NCBI GenBank assembly: GCA_036172245.1
Contig: JAYWIR010000042.1
Span: forward strand, 682,001 to 746,000
Source: Raillietiella orientalis
Taxonomy: Eukaryota
Direction: 5' to 3'
Length of the DNA stretch: 64,000 nt
A program made the translations under genes and the position numbers. Below, piece by piece: positions 1 to 14,583 of this stretch. The notes beneath the pieces were generated by a model. The model was not told the DNA's origin. It worked only from the letters and a program-made list of their open reading frames with translations, and searched no databases. Numbering within the stretch: position 1 is the first letter of the stretch; each line of letters begins with the position of its first letter.

Positions 1-1223
1 GATCTTTTGTCGTGCTGCTCATGCAGCTTTGATCGACTGATTCTTCCTTGAGCGACTCATGTCTTTGCTGATCTTTCTTTAGAGTCCACTTTTTGCGTTC
101 ACTGGCATCCTCTATCTGCTGAAAATTTTCTTGCTTTGAGTATACATCAGAGGACATGCCAAGCTACGAGGAACAGTTCGCTCCCTCTAAAGAAAAAGCA
201 TCCATTATTCTACTGAACTTTAAATTCTGAGAATTGATCACAATTGAGCATGCTGTCCCAGCCAGACACTAGTAAGATAGGTATGTCACTAGTGTCCATC
301 GGTTTTCTTTTCCTTATGCTGCGATCACGAACGAAAGGATACCTTCATCGCTAATGCAGGCAAGAATTTGAGGGAAACAGAGCTCACATCATTTTTGGAA
401 TACCTCTGGCTCCAGAAAGCAGTTTTTCAAGAGGAAACTCCTCCACGGTTGAGCAACAGAAGTTTGATGCAACCGAGGGACTTACATGAGGTAGTTTGGG
501 GAAGTCTGACTTATGTCGCAACTTTAAGTAACATATGTAAAATGACTTAAAGTTTTCATACCTGGATTGCTTCACTTCAGGATTTCCTATTTAACCTTCC
601 CAGTTCACGTACACTAGACTGGCGCTACGGGAGGCTTAGAACAGGCACCACGTTCGCATTCTTATCTTGTTTCCCTTTGTTATCATTTCAACTCTTTTAG
701 CAATCTGATTCGAAGCATAGTGTTCTTTTCTTACCACCTTTTGTTAGTGAGCGTTCCACTTTCATGGAAACACCTTTATGATCCTTCACTCCCATTAGTC
801 GTGAGACTGTTCTTTGGTTGTCATAATCGGATGTTCCAGCATTCATACTTACGAAGCATTTCAATCTATTGGCTGCTAAGTCCAGCTCCGATTCCTGGAA
901 AGACGTTCCTAGAAACTGGACCATTCTTCAAGGTGACTCTTTTTTCATGGGGATGTATCAGAGCTGCAATGCAAATCGTTTGATTCTCTCCCTGTTCCAG
1001 CAGCTCCGATCTTCAACAGCGAGCATCGAGCATTGGTGTGATGAATCAAGTTAAATTATGTTTAAATTCCATTATGTTTAAAAGATGGTCTCCGGAAACA
1101 ACAGAGGTACATTGTATGTATGCAGTGACTAGAATAAAATTACATGGGTCCTTTTCTGCGCTTTCGCACAAGCAACTACTTGGGGATTTTCATGTCGACT
1201 TGAAGTGAGGCATCCATAAGAAC

Positions 1224-1565
1224 TCACAGCTTGATTGTGAAAGTGGCGGATCTTTCCATTCCGGAGTTTTCCCTATTCTGACCACCACCACGACGAGCAC
1301 ACTTGCTGTACCTACGATCAGCTCGATCGGGAATGCTCCAGATTCCTAAGCTCTCATTGAAAATCCACATTTGAAGCTGCCGACGTTCATTGGAACGCCG
1401 ATTTCTTTCACGTTTCGGAACCGATATCGATGAATCAACACGTACAGGGTGATCGTGTTTAAAGAACTTTTCTATCCATGAATTCCTTCCCTTTACTGAA
1501 ATTGGTTGAGCCTTCGAGACTGCAACCATTATTCTACATCCATTGCGGAGAATTTTTAGACTCAC
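1224..1565 (-). mobile_element. Possible decayed pogo/Tigger transposase fragment
   Basis: NSWIEKFFKH resembles the CENP-B-type HTH GWLxKFxxRH, then IFNESLGIWSIPDR resembles IFNxDETGLxWxxxPxR. Weak match. Confidence 0.3.
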
Positions 1566-4500
1566 TTCGGGCTCCTCATAGAACGTGTGCTTTTCCTCAA
1601 CTGGAAGCGGAAGACTTGATCGACCAAATACTGAGCACTGTCTTTTTCTTATATCGAAATGAACAAATTGAGTTTGATTCTCAAGACATGGAGTTCTGGA
1701 CTTCCTGTACAGCTGCTCGCAAAGAGAAACCGATTGGCTTTTTCAAATTCAGTGTAAGACTGTATGGGTTCTGATGTTTTCGTCTTCTTTCATTGATTCT
1801 GAGTCTAACTTGGAAGCGGACGAGCAACCACTGCATAGCTTTTCCTTCAGATTTTTGTGTTTTCTGTGTTTGTGTTTCTCCCCGTAAGTGTAAATGACGA
1901 GAAAGGGAACGGGTTCCTTTGTTTTCTATCATTTAAGGCCTCCCGGATCAAAAAAGCCCCATTTCATAAAGGTGGCGACTATGCATTCCTTTGGTCATCC
2001 AGCTGCTCAGCTGCAGAAGAAGCCGCCCATGCCACTTTTGTTTTCTTGTGTGAGCGATCGAAGTCTTTCGTCGTTGGTATAGTTTTAGCTGAGGAGTTGG
2101 TTTCAGGTCCAGCCGTTAGCTGTTTATCATTTCGTGCGAGCCGATGGTTAGAACTATAAGAATTCTGAATTCTTTCGCCAGCAGCTCCCTTGTGTGGTAA
2201 ACACGAAGAGATTATGGCGTACACGATGTGCTCTTGAATTGTGCATCAAAACAACGAAATCCACCCTGAAGTCTGTCCTTCGGATTTTTTTGGCTTTCCT
2301 CAAACAAACTTCTCGTTTCTTGGGTTGCCCACCTAAGGTGCAGCGCGGTGTAACCTTATTCATCGGTGTTTTCTGTTCCTATCCCATTCTAAGTTGCAGC
2401 TTCCATGTTCGCCAGCGACACACAGACACATCTAGATGGAACATTCTAAAGTTTTCGGATTCGTACCAGTTTGATAGAGGATACTCTAAGTGAGCTTTGT
2501 GGAGTCTCATTAATGGAAGTGGGGCCTGAATCAAAAACTCCTTCTCGAATGTTTGGGTCTCCTCGGTGCTCCTCGGGCATCGAACACCTTGCGTCGTGGC
2601 ATAGAGGGTTGGTCCTAGAGACGAATTCAGGATCAGGTAAGAAAGCATTTTGAAAAACTTTATTAGCATACGTACTGTCCAGTAATGCATGCACTTGTGC
2701 AGTATGCATCATTATTATTTTTTAATAAATACAAAATTTGAGTTGTACAACTCGCTGTGAGAAATGGAATACGCAAAAAGTAAGAACACTTTACTTGATG
2801 GTATCTATTTTGAATATGTGATAAGCTCCAATACAATAATTTCACTGTCTACTCTCAATTAGTGGATTGCACCAGCATCTCTTTGCGTGTAAGTAGTCGG
2901 TGGAATCATGAAAAATATACTCGCTCCATCCTCAGCATCGTATCTTTTCTTAGTTTCATTTCTCAATTTTGCCACAGGAAAATCATCCTGCCAACTGCTG
3001 GTGCTTATCTTTCCGTCACGATGCTCTCGTGCATCCGCTTGAACCCACCGGGTGCCCTCCTCGAAACTAGAGTGCTTATTGTATGTTTGAAAAGCCACAA
3101 TATCGGCAGGAAAGCATGCCAATTCTCAGATACATGCAATTTCTCAGATACAGGTTCGTCTCTTCCTGGTGAATTTTCGGGTTTTGACAACCAGCCATTT
3201 CAGCTTGGTATCGCCTATGTTAATCAGAAGCTTATGAACCCATAAGTGGTATTGCATGCTTTCAGGGAGGTAGGGAGCGCCCATTGCCAGGAAACGACAC
3301 TGCTTTTCAATTTTGATTTAAGTCATAATGATTGTGGACGTGGACTCTGACGAGGTCACGGAATGATGAGAGTGGAATCCGAAAAATGAGCGAGCAAAAT
3401 TAACTGCCGTTTGTAGTATTGGATGCTTTCAGAACTTCTGATTCCGTAAAGGGCGGTTCCAGGACCTGAGAGTGATCCCGGTGAAGAGTTGAGAGGGAGC
3501 ACACAAAGAAAAGCTAAAGTTCTTTTGCGAATTCAAATCAAAATTGAACTGCAGTGGGAAAATGCTTATTGTAAACCCATAGGCAGGGCGAATTCAATTA
3601 AGTGTATCAGTAGAAAAAGCATTTGCTGAATGCTCTGCGGAAATTCACTCGCATCAACTGTTCCTTTTTTCTCAAAGAAATGGGTTTTCTTAGTATGCTT
3701 TTGGAATCGTTCCATTCCCTATCAAAGAAGTCAGTGTTTTTCTTAATGACTAAATGAAAGATGCTGTCAAATGTGACGATATGTGGGACATATGGATTCG
3801 GATGGAGGAAAAATGAAATCGAACGAAAGCCTTTCAAGAAGATCCGGACCTAGAAAAATCTCAAGACAAAACTAGAAGTGCTAGTAGGGTCATACTAATA
3901 CCATTCGTATTCCAAATCAGAAAACAGATCATAAGAGAGAGCTAAGGGTACTCCGAGATGCTCAGATATGTTGGACGGTTTGTCGATGGAGGGCAATCAA
4001 CAACTTAGCCGTGCTCATCACTGAAGACAATTCAGAGATTCCAAAGCTGGGAACCTGGCAAGGAACGTGAGGCTACAAAAGCACTGATCCCATCCGAGAT
4101 TTCGAACATCCGGTGAGACGCATTGCTGCAGTGATCAGAGCAAGGAATCCGTGAAAACTGAATTTGGGGTTTTGATTATAGATGAACAGTCGCTAGGAAT
4201 CCGATTCTTTTCAAGAAATTCGATTTTCTGATTTGACGATCGGCAAGCATCAGGTCACCAGTTCACCAAATTAGAAAATGCTTTCGTCCATTGCAGCACT
4301 GTGGAGATCTCTGCTTTCGAAAATATTCGGTCGATTTCATGTGATCTGGAAGAGTCCGTGAGCGTCTAGTCGGAAGCCGAAGCTTCTCGGAGATGGTAGG
4401 ACGCGTGTCCAGCTCCATCCCATCCCAAACGCATACCTGGCTCCTGGAAATTTGGCTTCTTAGCTGGCACCTTGCCGCGACGGACCCGGTTCCTCGCATC

Positions 4501-7459
4501 ACGTGCTAAATTCGACAGTAAGCCACAGATGCTCACGTTGGTGTTTCCCAAGCTTGCCTCCGAGCCAGGAGCACTTGAAGGGGCTTCCACTCCATGGTTC
4601 CGGAGTTCCTCAACGTCCCCCGACGAGTGACTTCCCGTGGTTGATCCAAACGTGGGAAACGCGCGAGCGAAAGGAGCAACGGAAGAGACGACCAATTCTT
4701 TTCAGGGAATTGTTCTTCAATCTGCTTGGGATGTCACCATTTGCGATGCCCGCAAACGCTCCTGATTCTCCTGAGCGAGTTTTTTTTTCCCAGAGGGAAA
4801 AAGAGAAAGAAGACTGCGGGTCCTCCATTCCAGTCATGTTTTCACTGTTACAGCTGCAGCTTTTAGGTCTCTGTATTCATTTTTCCTTATAGTTATTTGC
4901 CAGTGACGCATCTGTGTCCATTTGTCAGCGAGGACAGCAGTGTTTGTCAAATCGTCAAAGAGAATTAGGGGGCGAAATGGATGTTACCGGACAGTAATGG
5001 CACCCACGTGTCCACGAGTTGATTAGCAAAGGTGCTGGTTCTCTCAACTTGAAGTAAGAGGAAAACAAGGGTTTTCCTAGCGATGGAAGAGGGGAAAGTG
5101 CTCGGAACCTGCAGCAGCAGATTGAAGATTTTGCCGTTATTTGCGGTACCGGGCGTTAGATGGGATCGCCCGCTTTCTGCGCAGACGCAAGGAATCGCTC
5201 GGCGCAGGGTTTCCGAGGAACGCGATGAATTGGCTCGACGGTGCCTGCAAAGTGAATTTCCGTAAAATCTCTCAAAGTGCTCCCTGATCCTTAGGATGGA
5301 CTTCTGTAATAGTCGCCCGCTGATCAAGTGCTGGAGACTTGTCCCGAAGTTTCCAGAGAACCTTCCATAAAATCTAGCTCTTGCTCCTGTTCACTCTTCC
5401 CCGTTCGTGGAATCGGCATCTAAACCGTCACTTATTCTCTAAAATTCAAAAGTCCACCATTTAACTCGTCCAAACCGTTTTTCAGCCGTGTCTTAAGAAT
5501 AAATTAAAAATCTATCTTCATAAGCAGCTTGCCATTCCCTACAAAGAACAAAAGGTGTCACTGCATGATTGATATGAATGCTCAGACCATCAATGAACAC
5601 CTTAAAGTGTGCACAATGAGCAAACATTCCTCTCGGATGTTTTGCACGCATTGAATCCCTGAATCCCTTCTCTTCCAAATCTGTGCCTCGTTTGGCTTTC
5701 CTCATATGGTGGACCAGACCTATTGAAGAGCCTCAGCTTTCGTCACGCATTCATCCTATCCGTTCCGTTTTTTGTACTGAAGTTTGTTCAGTGTCGAGGA
5801 AAATGGGTCCATTAGCTTTCGCATAGATTTTTCCTATAGTCCATTCTTCCTGGAGGTGCAACGTAATTGGAAGCTCGTTCAGTAAGCAGCCGAGAGAAGG
5901 CGTCTTGCTCCTGCAGAAACGGTTCGTGAATTTCGTTCCAGAGATGCAGTGCATGTTTCCATATGAGTAGAAGCAAATTGGTTTCAATGAACTTCAAACT
6001 GGAGACTCTTCACGATACTTGCTGAGGATTCTGTGGAAGCGTTTGCGAAGATTTCGAGACTCACGTCTATCTCTTGGTCATTTCTGGATGCTGTTTAGAA
6101 ATCATCAGGTTTTCAGCTTTGGCTCTCACTGTAGAATGAGTGGAAGTTCCACGATTTGTCTGTACATTTTCACCCATCCAGCAGTCCTTCAGTTCTGCTT
6201 TCTCGTCATTGAAATCTTTTTGTCAGAGAGAGCACCATCCGGAATGGATTCAATCGAGTTCATCCGCTTGTTATAATGTAAGTGGATCACTCTCTGCTGC
6301 CACAGTTGAGCTAATTCACACCGTCTTGCTGAGTACAATACAGCATTGGGGAAGGCGTTTCTAAAGGGTTGTCGTGCTTAACCCAGTAGCTGCTGCAGGT
6401 TCAGAACAGGAATCTACATTCCAGGATCATACGTCGCATAGTTTGTACTCCATTGCACTTTCTAATATCCGGTCGCTTGACGTAAGCACCAACACCTCGT
6501 TGCATTTGAGTACTCAGTGGAACCATGGAAACGTACTTGTTGCATCCTTAGCAGGGTCGCTCCCTTCAATGTAGATATCAGCCAAAGTCAACTGGTCAGT
6601 ATCCTTCTCTTAAGACCCTGCGGACTTGCATTGCCTCTCTCTTTGGTTGAAAATACTAATTGCCTCCTGCGAATGCACTCACGCTCAAAAGAAACAATCT
6701 TTGTATCAAGGACACATAGGCCAGACTTCCTATCTTTCTTACCTTCCTACGTTTGTCGTTTTTTCTTGTCATATTTCTTTGCACCATCCCAACTTGTTGC
6801 TTTTTTTTTTTTGGTCTTATGAACTTTGTCTATGGAGACTTCGTATCGACGCTTTCAGAGTAGCAGTCTTATGTGCATGGCACAAATCAATTCCTCCGAA
6901 CCATGGTTTTCAGTTGCTGCAATTCCATCCCTCAGTGCTGGAGTTGCTTTCTTTGAAACATACCTCCATCATGCTTTATTTCCCATTGCAGACCTCCAGT
7001 GAAGATCAGCTTGATTTTTTTTGATTTTCAAACTTCGTTAGGGAGTTTAAAACGGGAAAAAATGGATCCTTTGAGATGAATACATGACAAAAAGTCATTA
7101 GAATGGAACGTGGTATCTATTCATGCTATGGTCACGTACCACACTTCGAAAGTTCAAAACAGAACCCTCTGCCTGTGCTGTCTTTATTAGAACTCCTTTC
7201 TAAAACTCTGCAGTGGTACTTGTCATTGGATCGTGCATCTAACTGCTACCCAGGAAGATCTCATTATTGTGAGACCACTCGGTATTCGGATGTTGGCCTT
7301 AGATCCCTATCTATTAGCATATGGATCTAATAATATCACCCAATGAAAGCAATGCCGAGAATCTGGTGGATTTCTTGAGCTAAATTCTCTCCCAGAAGGT
7401 CCACTGAAGGATCTGTGTCGAGAATTTCAGCCTGTGAGTAAGATGCCACATCGTTTGCG

Positions 7460-7810
7460 TCTTCTGCACCTTCACGAAAGCGCCAGAGAGTCGTGGAGGC
7501 TCCAAGGACGCACGAAACAGTGTGTCAGAAAGGTACTGCAGCATTAGGAATACATCATTAATCTGAAAAACACAGCAACGTTGATCCCCTCGAGCAATAC
7601 TGTACGTCAACTGGCAGTGGAAGGTGGTCGCTTCCGGTTGTCTCCCAAACTGCCAGAGGTGAAAAAGAGTTGAAGTGTAAAGCCACAAGTGAGTTGTCAG
7701 CGTCGTCAGGAACGAATCCATTTATATTTTCCTTTGAGATGAATCTGTACCGATAAGGCACGTGTTGATTCTGCGAGGGGTCCGCGGTCAAGACGGTCTT
7801 GTCCAAGCAG
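7460..7810 (-). mobile_element. Decayed non-LTR retrotransposon APE-endonuclease end
   Basis: VWETTGSDHLPLPVDV contains the APE C-terminal GSDHxP motif. Downstream LWRFREGA resembles RWxFxKA. Confidence 0.4.
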
Positions 7811-10242
7811 AAAACCAGAGCACCAAGAGAGCTCTTCTCCTAACATTCACCTGATAAACATACTTGGCAGGTTTCGTGTGTTTATAACTAGCAGAAATTT
7901 TAGTGGTAGGAAATCAAACTGGGTGGTGAAAGAGGCCGTGCAACTTGAATTGGAAATTGCCAAGAAAATCGCACTTGCCGTTTGTGCTCACCTGAACCAT
8001 CTTCCTCGATAATTATCGACTTTGAAACAGATTTCACTTCTTGAAAATTCAGAAAGAGGTGTCAAGAGTATTCCGAATTTCCGACACATCATCTTTTTCC
8101 CTACTGTTCCCACAGATGATTTTTTTTTTCAAGAGAAGGCAATGAACCTCTTCAGGGAGAATTCGCAAAAGCAAAAGAATGTTTTCGAAAGCATTTCTCG
8201 GTGTTCTCCAAGCCGAGACTCGCAATACGGCGAAGGGGCCGTCTCCTCAAAATGTGCCCTTTCATCTTTTACTACTCGCAGTCTCGAGGAAGAAGAGAGC
8301 AGTAATGAACACCATCCTCATCGGGCGCTGGAGAATCATTAAAATCGCTTGGAAATATTTTCTTTTTATTTGGAGAAACGGAATTTTTTCGCGCAAACTT
8401 TGGCACACTGGAAAAGCGTTGTAGACGAACGTGCGGCAGCTGCCGCAAACACTGACTCACAAAGGGTTTTCCCCATGATTTCTTAGGATTCCAAAAGCCT
8501 TTGATGTAGCTCGAAAAGTGCTTCTAAAATTCTTTGCATGCGTTTGGGGATCTCACTTCATCCCAACTACAATAATTTTCATTCGTCCAATTTTTGAAGG
8601 AGAAAAACTCACAAACAAATGCCAGCTCTGTGAATCTGACAAAATCACTTGCACAAAATCCAAGGAACATGGGAGATGCCTTCAAGGTGCCCCACGACCA
8701 GCATCATTTGCAGAAAGGATCATTCGGCCGACGTTCCCAGCTCAAGCAGGATGCAGCGAAACGTGCACGGGCGAAATTTTCGTATAGATTTTCGCAGAAA
8801 GTGCCGTTAAAATATTTCTTTGCTCCTTAAGCAGCAGCAATCTTCCCGTAAACTTGCGTGTCTTCAATGGAAAACCACTTTTCCGTTTCGATGACTCCCG
8901 AAAAACTTTTCGGCACAAATGAGTGCGTTTCCTTTCTTCATGCTCTCCGTTCTCATTAGTTTCCAGGGCTACATTGGGGCGTATCACTAGAAATAGGGAA
9001 GGTCAACATGTCATCATCCTGTGCATTGATCGGCACGAGGCTCAGAAGATGTATTGCTTTGTTCTGTCATCATCTTCCCTTGTGAGAATCAGTCCCTTCC
9101 TCTCCCTTCTCAGCCAAGATGATGAGGTTGGCTGTTTTTTTGCGGTTGCCTATTCCATCCAGAGAGTGAGATTTAAGCTGACGTCTCTGAACGGTGCTTG
9201 CATCAGTCCTAAAGACACAAGGGGAAGAATCAATCCTCTGCTGATTCGCTTTCATCATGAAACTCACTATGGCACCCCTGTCCCAACACACAGGATTGAG
9301 GTACTAGTACTACTACTACTAGCAGTAGTAGTGCTTTAATCATGTCTGTTGTAGGGAATAGTCAGGATTTTTCCTCCATCCCACTGAGGCAGAGTGAGGC
9401 AAAAATATCAATTTCAGAAACAGCGCTCTTTGAAATAACGGCAGTTAAGGTGCCGAATGTTTCCCAAAATACGAAGAATGGTCCCGTTTTGCACTCTTAC
9501 GTAAAACAAGTTCTCTGGAGCATTCCCGCATTCGATACGCTCCGTCCTGGATTCCACGTGTACACTTCGCCCCTTCTGCTGAGATCGAAGTGGAGACTGC
9601 GTCTCAGGAGGGATTAGGAACCTGTGGTCGCATCTCCTCAAGATGTCAGACAGCCTATGTCAGTCCGGTAAGGGTTGAGACAAGAAGTGTACTCTGATGA
9701 CCATCGTGTACCGAATATTGCCGATTGCAAATCTATTCAGATTCCCTTAAGCATTCCCATCTGCTCAAGGGAACAGAAGTGGAAGCGCATTCCATGAAGA
9801 ACCTTAGAGTACCATGTTTTCCTTTTTTCCTCTAAAAGCTTTGAGCCTTTGCTCTTTCCTCAAAGCTCGCCAGTCCCGTAAGGGTTGCGTTATTTAATTT
9901 ATGTATCTTAAAAGACCGAAATCAATAAGATACAAACGAATCAACGATACAAGCAGATGACTTGCAAGAGCGTTTACACAGTGGTTTTTGGTTCCTTCAA
10001 TTCAAGGAATCGCATTATTTTCATGTCCAGAAAATTCATCAGCATGATACGTGGTCTGCATTGAGCCAAGCACTTCTTACCTCTGTGAAATACGTGTGAC
10101 AACTGTGATAGAGTAGCTGTTTTGCCGCTGCAGGATTGGAAGGTTGTTTTGGATTCCATAGAGGAATGTAGAAGGCGACCTGTTTTCATGCTGCGGTTCC
10201 ATTGGTAAGAGGATTGCTTCCGCCTTTGCAGCTGAACTGGAC

Positions 10243-10823
10243 TCCGGAGGAGTTGCCTCCCCGAACGGTAGGGTGTGCGGAGAGGCGGAAACGCTCCCGC
10301 ATCTGCTCTTCGGCTGCGGTGCCCTCCAAGGACTGTGGCGGAGGCTGACTGCAGCTCTCCAGCTCCAGGGGGACACTGCAAAGATTCTGATGCGCCGCTT
10401 CTTCACGCCAGGAGGTCTGTCGTCAGGTGCGGTTCTAGAGACGATCCGCGCCATCGTCAGAGCCCGCCGCCAGTTGGAGACGCAGGCGATCCCTCGAGAG
10501 GCCACCGGAATCGCGGACGACAACAGGACGACGGCTGCCAGGTGGCCTCATCTTCCAGCAGACGTGCGAGAGATCTCCGGCATCGAATGCCTCCGGTTCT
10601 AGAAGGAACAGCTAAAGCCAAGGACCCCCCGGCCCCAGCCCCACATCTCTATTTATATTTGTTTGCATATAGTTATCAGTGGTCCCCTCCCTCCCGTTCC
10701 GGGCTTTCGGACTCACCGACCTGTATGTCGGGGAGCCCTCCCTTCGAAGTTTTGTACCCTTTGTCTGGGAACTTTGTTCTCGGATAGTTAAGAAATAAAT
10801 GGCTCGGTGCACCCGGGTAAAAA
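10243..10823 (+). mobile_element. 5'-truncated non-LTR retrotransposon (L1/Tx1-like ORF2 C-terminus, 3' UTR and short A tail)
   Basis: Perfect 15-bp TSD GCAGCTGAACTGGAC at 10228-10242 and 10824-10838. The GC-rich insert encodes SPN(G)RVCGEAETLPHLLFGC, a zf-RVT-type CCHC knuckle with the first Cys mutated, open to the stop at 10600-10602. AATAAA at 10794-10799 and A5 at 10819-10823. Confidence 0.85.
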
Positions 10824-11760
10824 GCAGCTGAACTGGACCAACGTCCGATCTGTATATTTCAGTTTATTCGGAACAAAACTGCCCACTTTTCCTTGAGTGA
10901 CTTCCGTGGAAACAAAGCGCAGCACCTCAAGTCATCCATTAGGCGTCTTTGGGAAACTTCTGGAGCTCCGATCTTCGACACTAGCTCGAATTTCATTAAA
11001 AACTAACTGAGCGGACACTTGAGAGGTCTTCTAGCTCAAATCAGCACGTCTCAACCGGAAGTATGGATCCTATTTTGAAGGAATAAACAAACCTTTCGAT
11101 GCAGACACAACATCAACTGAGGAAGCGGGGAGAAACATTTTTTAAACTTCCAAAAAATTCAAAAGAAATCTTCTACGACAGCTTCCTTTGTCTGCAATCA
11201 CCAAGTAAGGAATTGGAAAGCAAATCAGCAGGGACCGCATTCAAAGGACCATTTATTCCCCATTACTCATTTTTTTCGATCGTTTCATGAGGAGATGCTC
11301 CAGCCAAAGGTTCCCAATATAAGGAGCATACTTGAAAATCCTGAATTGTGTGGTTTCTTCCCTATGGCTGCAAGATGGAATCCTAAGCAGACAGAGCAGC
11401 AGCAGCAGTCCTCTTCACTGCGGCGATCTTTCAGTAGTTGAAGAAATATTGCAGCTCTGCTCCAGAAAGTCTCCATCTTAAGGATCAGAACGGATATTCC
11501 GAAAATGCACATCCCCGTCACGATCGAGGAATTCGTCTTGCGAGGGTCGAAAACAGCTAGGAGTCTTGGACTGATCTCCTTCATTCCAGATGCTCATGCA
11601 CCCGAAGAGACTGATGCCATCCACAGGGAAGCTGTCCTGAAAACAAAGTGAGAAATATCAGCTGCATAAATGGCACTCCAGAGGAACGGCAATCTTTCAC
11701 AGGCTGCTGAACCTGATCGTGGCATCATTCTGAAATTTTACTATTACATCTTCACAAAGG

Positions 11761-11982
11761 GGCACTCTAAGATTCCGGAATTTGAAGATGGATAATCAGA
11801 AGCCTGCTCATCACCAGCCTCTGAAGCACGAAATCTGCTTGGAATTTCTGACGAAGAAATGTCACAGCGACATTCCGAATCGCTTCAGTAACGCTGGGTC
11901 GTCGGGCATTGGGCGTGTCAGCACATTTGAGGACTTCGGTTTTGAGACTCCGATTCCAAAGCAGTGACGCTAGTTTTCCATC
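11761..11982 (+). repeat. Near-identical direct repeat, copy 1
   Basis: 11761-11953 equals 14372-14564 except G11904/A14515. After a 10-bp indel, 18 more bp match with 1 mismatch. Confidence 0.95.
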
Positions 11983-14371
11983 TTCACCTATCCAAGGTAA
12001 CAGGTTTGAAGTGGGGAACCAAAGATCGGAGAAACTTCGAAAAAATGATGAGGAAGAGGACTCAATCAATCCGCTTAAGAAAGACTAGGAGAGTGTTAAT
12101 CTCACGGAACGAAATAACCGGATAATTAGCGGACATTTGAACGAGAATTTCCTTTTGCTATACCTTTGTACTTCGGTTGTACATTTCCCAGGCATTATCA
12201 GAAGCCTCGCGCTATTTTCTGGAAAGTCTGACTCATCGATTTTAAGTAAAATAACACAATAAATAAGAATGACGTAACGAGGAATGCATTAATGATTTCT
12301 GGAACCCGAATTCAAAGAGCATGCCAGACGATTTTCCGAACGAAGCGTTCATAGAAGCATTTCGTAAAAACTTTTTTTCGGAGACCGGAAACAGGGAAGA
12401 GATTTCAGAAAAAAGGGTGAGGAGCTGAATAATAATAATAATAATGAAAGCAATCCGGTAGATGGATCTTTCCATGTTATTGCTATAGAAACATCTGCTT
12501 TTGATAAGTTTTCGGAAAGACGAAAGAACTGGAAACATGTGCGATATGCTTGATGCTTCCATCCCAGAGATTAGAAGCAGTCGATTTGCCAGTGACGAAA
12601 CTCAAATGATGAATAGATGAAATACACTTAGTCCTACAAATGGTGTTTATAAATGAAGGAGCTAGGTGGCAGATTGAAAGGATGTTCAAATTCCATTTTA
12701 GAGAGCATCAGGCAATGATCTTTTGGCGAATTCTTTGTGATCTGTTGAGAAATTTACACCAGGCACTGATCAGCTTCTACTTGCATTTCCCAGGCGAATT
12801 TTCCCAGAAAAAAACTTCCAGTAATCCACGAGCACGCATGTTTCAAAAGAACTGTAATCAAAAAAGCATCTCATAATAAGGAAATTGAGCAATAACTCTG
12901 TACCAAAGCTTGATTGGAAGATTCGCGAGCAGAACAGTGTATTGGAACCCAATTTGAACGTTATGGAATGGAAAAGAGCAGGGAGATCACATGGTGGCGC
13001 GTTGCATTTGCCCTGAGGTGGTGACTGAGTGTTGTTTCTGGTGAATATCAACGTGATACGTTCTCAATACCCAGATGAGTTCTCGATGAGCCACAGCGAA
13101 CTGAAAAGACACGTTTTTTTCACCGCACTTATTTGGGTATTTCTGTACTCATACATACACACAAAATGTACGTGTGCACACGAACGAGTGTTCTTTTCAG
13201 CTAAGCTCGTGTGCTCGTCCGGGATAAAGAGCACCTTCTCGAAAACATTGCTGGATTCGAGGGGAATAATTGCAGTAATTAGTGGTTATTGGAGCCTCTC
13301 AGGGCTTATCACAGAATGTGCAAATTTTCGTTTGGAAAGTGAATCCAGTTAATCAACGTCAGTGCATGGGACGCTCTGCGATACAGCATCGGTTTCTAAG
13401 CAACGAAGTCGCAATGTGCAGCAGTTTCAGGAACCACCGGCAATTTGGAAACAGTTTGGTATCTCTAACCGCACCGATCTGATTAAACGCAAATTCAAAA
13501 TAAATAAACAAACCAGAACTCGGTGGGAGATCTGTAGTGAGATGAATCAGGATTCCAGCAGCGAATGTAGATGGAAAATATGCAAGAAAAGGGATTCCGT
13601 GATTCCTAAAGGAGGAGGAACGGAAGGGGAAAAAATCACATCGTAAATGGCAGAGCAGAAGCAATCGAGCAAAGGGATGCCATCGGCACAAAGCAAATGG
13701 GAGAAATTCATCTCGGCTGAGAAAAAAACGATGAAGCCTTCTATGGGGGTACCGGTTGTTCTTTAAGGATGAACCCTTTCAAATCAGAAGGCTAAAGATT
13801 TGTATCCTGGACGTCGATATTCAAAGAAAGCATGTTGATTCCTTGGATTTATTGAGTTCTCGATCGTAAAAGTCACGTATTTTGTAAAGCCTCACTGCGA
13901 GCTAATAAGAAACCAACTGAGGTGCCAGATGGAAATCGGGAACTCCGGTCTTTGGCGATGGCGCGAAGCGGAACTCGAATATGGCCGACGCAATATGGTG
14001 CACGCAGTAGGTTTCTGTCCTGGAATGACCGGTGGTCGGAGGCTCGTGCTGACTTGGATGAAAAAGGATCACAGGATGAAAATTTCGAGAATCGACTGGC
14101 ATGCAAACGTAGAATGACCAACGGGCAGACGGTGCATAATAAAATTTGCTCAGAAGCTCTCTTTTTTCCTGAGGAAAAAAGAGAATAGCCGTGTCTTTTC
14201 CACGTCCATTTCACCGAATGGAAGGGCTGTCTTTTTGCTCTCAAACGTCCGCTGCGCCACTTCAGGTGAGAAGTACTGGAGAGATTCTCAGTTCCAGGCA
14301 ATTCGAGGATTCGGCATATCGCATAGAGAATGCAAAACGGGAGATAAGAAACTGAACGCAGGCATCCGAAT

Positions 14372-14583
14372 GGCACTCTAAGATTCCGGAATTTGAAGAT
14401 GGATAATCAGAAGCCTGCTCATCACCAGCCTCTGAAGCACGAAATCTGCTTGGAATTTCTGACGAAGAAATGTCACAGCGACATTCCGAATCGCTTCAGT
14501 AACGCTGGGTCGTCAGGCATTGGGCGTGTCAGCACATTTGAGGACTTCGGTTTTGAGACTCCGACTGACGCTAGTTATCCATC
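14372..14583 (+). repeat. Near-identical direct repeat, copy 2 (offset 2611 bp)
   Basis: See copy 1. Followed about 40 bp later by A23 (14625-14647). Confidence 0.95.

Noticed and set aside
2379..2690. LGPTLY and HLEYPLSNW, resembling LINE RT motifs
   Set aside because: The spacing is far too short and the matches too weak to call.
8432..8447. 16-bp perfect palindrome TGCGGCAGCTGCCGCA (also 14-bp GAGTTGTACAACTC at 2740-2753)
   Set aside because: About one 16-mer and several 14-mer palindromes are expected by chance in 64 kb.
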